64,000 nt of DNA from Phoronis australis (Eukaryota > Animalia > Phoronida): positions 275,130 through 339,129 of the forward strand of contig NMRA01000475.1 in the NCBI GenBank assembly GCA_002633005.1, read 5' to 3'. Positions 63,276 through 64,000 of the stretch are shown here, piece by piece. Each line of letters starts with the position of its first letter. Position 1 is the first letter of the stretch. Made by a program: the position numbers and the translations under genes. Below the pieces are notes generated by a model. It saw nothing but the letters and a program-made list of their open reading frames with translations. It searched no databases and was not told the DNA's origin.

Positions 63276-63536
63276 TTAGCATCAATTTTAACATAGTAAA
63301 CGTGAAAGAGCGCGTGTTCCAAACATGTAGAACCACTGTAGTTTGGACACAACCCCTCGTTTTCAAGCATAATGGCTAATTCGTGCAAGTAGTGAATAAT
63401 CGCAGAAATGCATTTTTCGGCTAAAAAACCTAGTGTCCATTCAAAGACATTTGCTTGAACAACCGGTATATTTGTCAATTTCCAAAAAGCAAGAATTGAG
63501 TTGATTTCCAAGAGACATTACAATAATAACCTCTGA

Positions 63537-63552
63537 GGCCCCCTAGTGGCCA
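63537..63552 (-). promoter_or_regulatory. CTCF-like motif
   Basis: Minus strand TGGCCACTAGGGGGCC matches the CCASYAGRKGGC core; motif match only. Confidence 0.35.
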
Positions 63553-64000
63553 TCTAATATCTAGAGATGGACATTCCAATGCTTTTGGGTTCACTGTCGT
63601 CACCAGATTACTTGGAAGCATAGCTGGTCATCATGTGAATTAAACCAGTAAATTAGTCGCGTGATTTCAAAAATGTAGAAAACTGCAAATTTATAATGCA
63701 TTTTTGAGTATTTTCAGAAAACTTATCAACACTAAATGTTGTCGAGCTTCAAGAATATGTGATGCACAATGTTTAAAAAAATCCCCAGGTCGATTAAGAT
63801 TTGTGGGCCTAAGTACCAAAATGCATATACACACTTTATGCTGGGTCCTTAGCATTTTATGAACTAAGGACAATCTCATTTGAACATCTGAGCAATGCAA
63901 AATGCACAACAAACATCAATCATGAATTACTAACCAACATAAATTGTCTTTTCCTCATCTAAGGTTGTTGAGAGCACTTATACCTCTTTCAAATGTCCTT

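Overview
AT-rich, intron-containing animal genomic DNA, most likely from a marine invertebrate (inferred from the gustatory-receptor-like gene and the transposon families present); not prokaryotic. Two host genes are visible, arranged head-to-head about 45 kb apart. (1) The large first coding exon of a gustatory-receptor-like (GRL/7tm_7) gene on the minus strand (3042->1924); its remaining exons were not found and probably lie left of the window. (2) The first two coding exons of a PPM1A/PPM1B-type PP2C phosphatase on the plus strand (48280-49113, 51735-51852); no further exon was found. Most other sequence I could interpret is mobile DNA. The dominant class is TTAA-flanked Kolobok-type DNA transposons (five or six elements from at least five TIR families). 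The best is a 4,976-bp element (57752-62727) in PPM1 intron 2, inserted in a 22-bp minisatellite. It carries a deleted THAP-transposase gene, a convergent KolX gene (homolog of the P2RX7 C-terminal ballast domain), a possible decayed third ORF, and mirror-image sequence motifs at both the 5' and 3' ends of its two transcription units. Also present are a three-level nest (solo LTR > 5-bp-TSD MITE > Helentron/HINE-like repeat element), tRNA-derived SINEs, LINE and hAT fossils, several MITEs and mini/microsatellites. Two near-identical duplications abutting N bases look like assembly artefacts. All family assignments come from reading motifs by eye; no database search was run.
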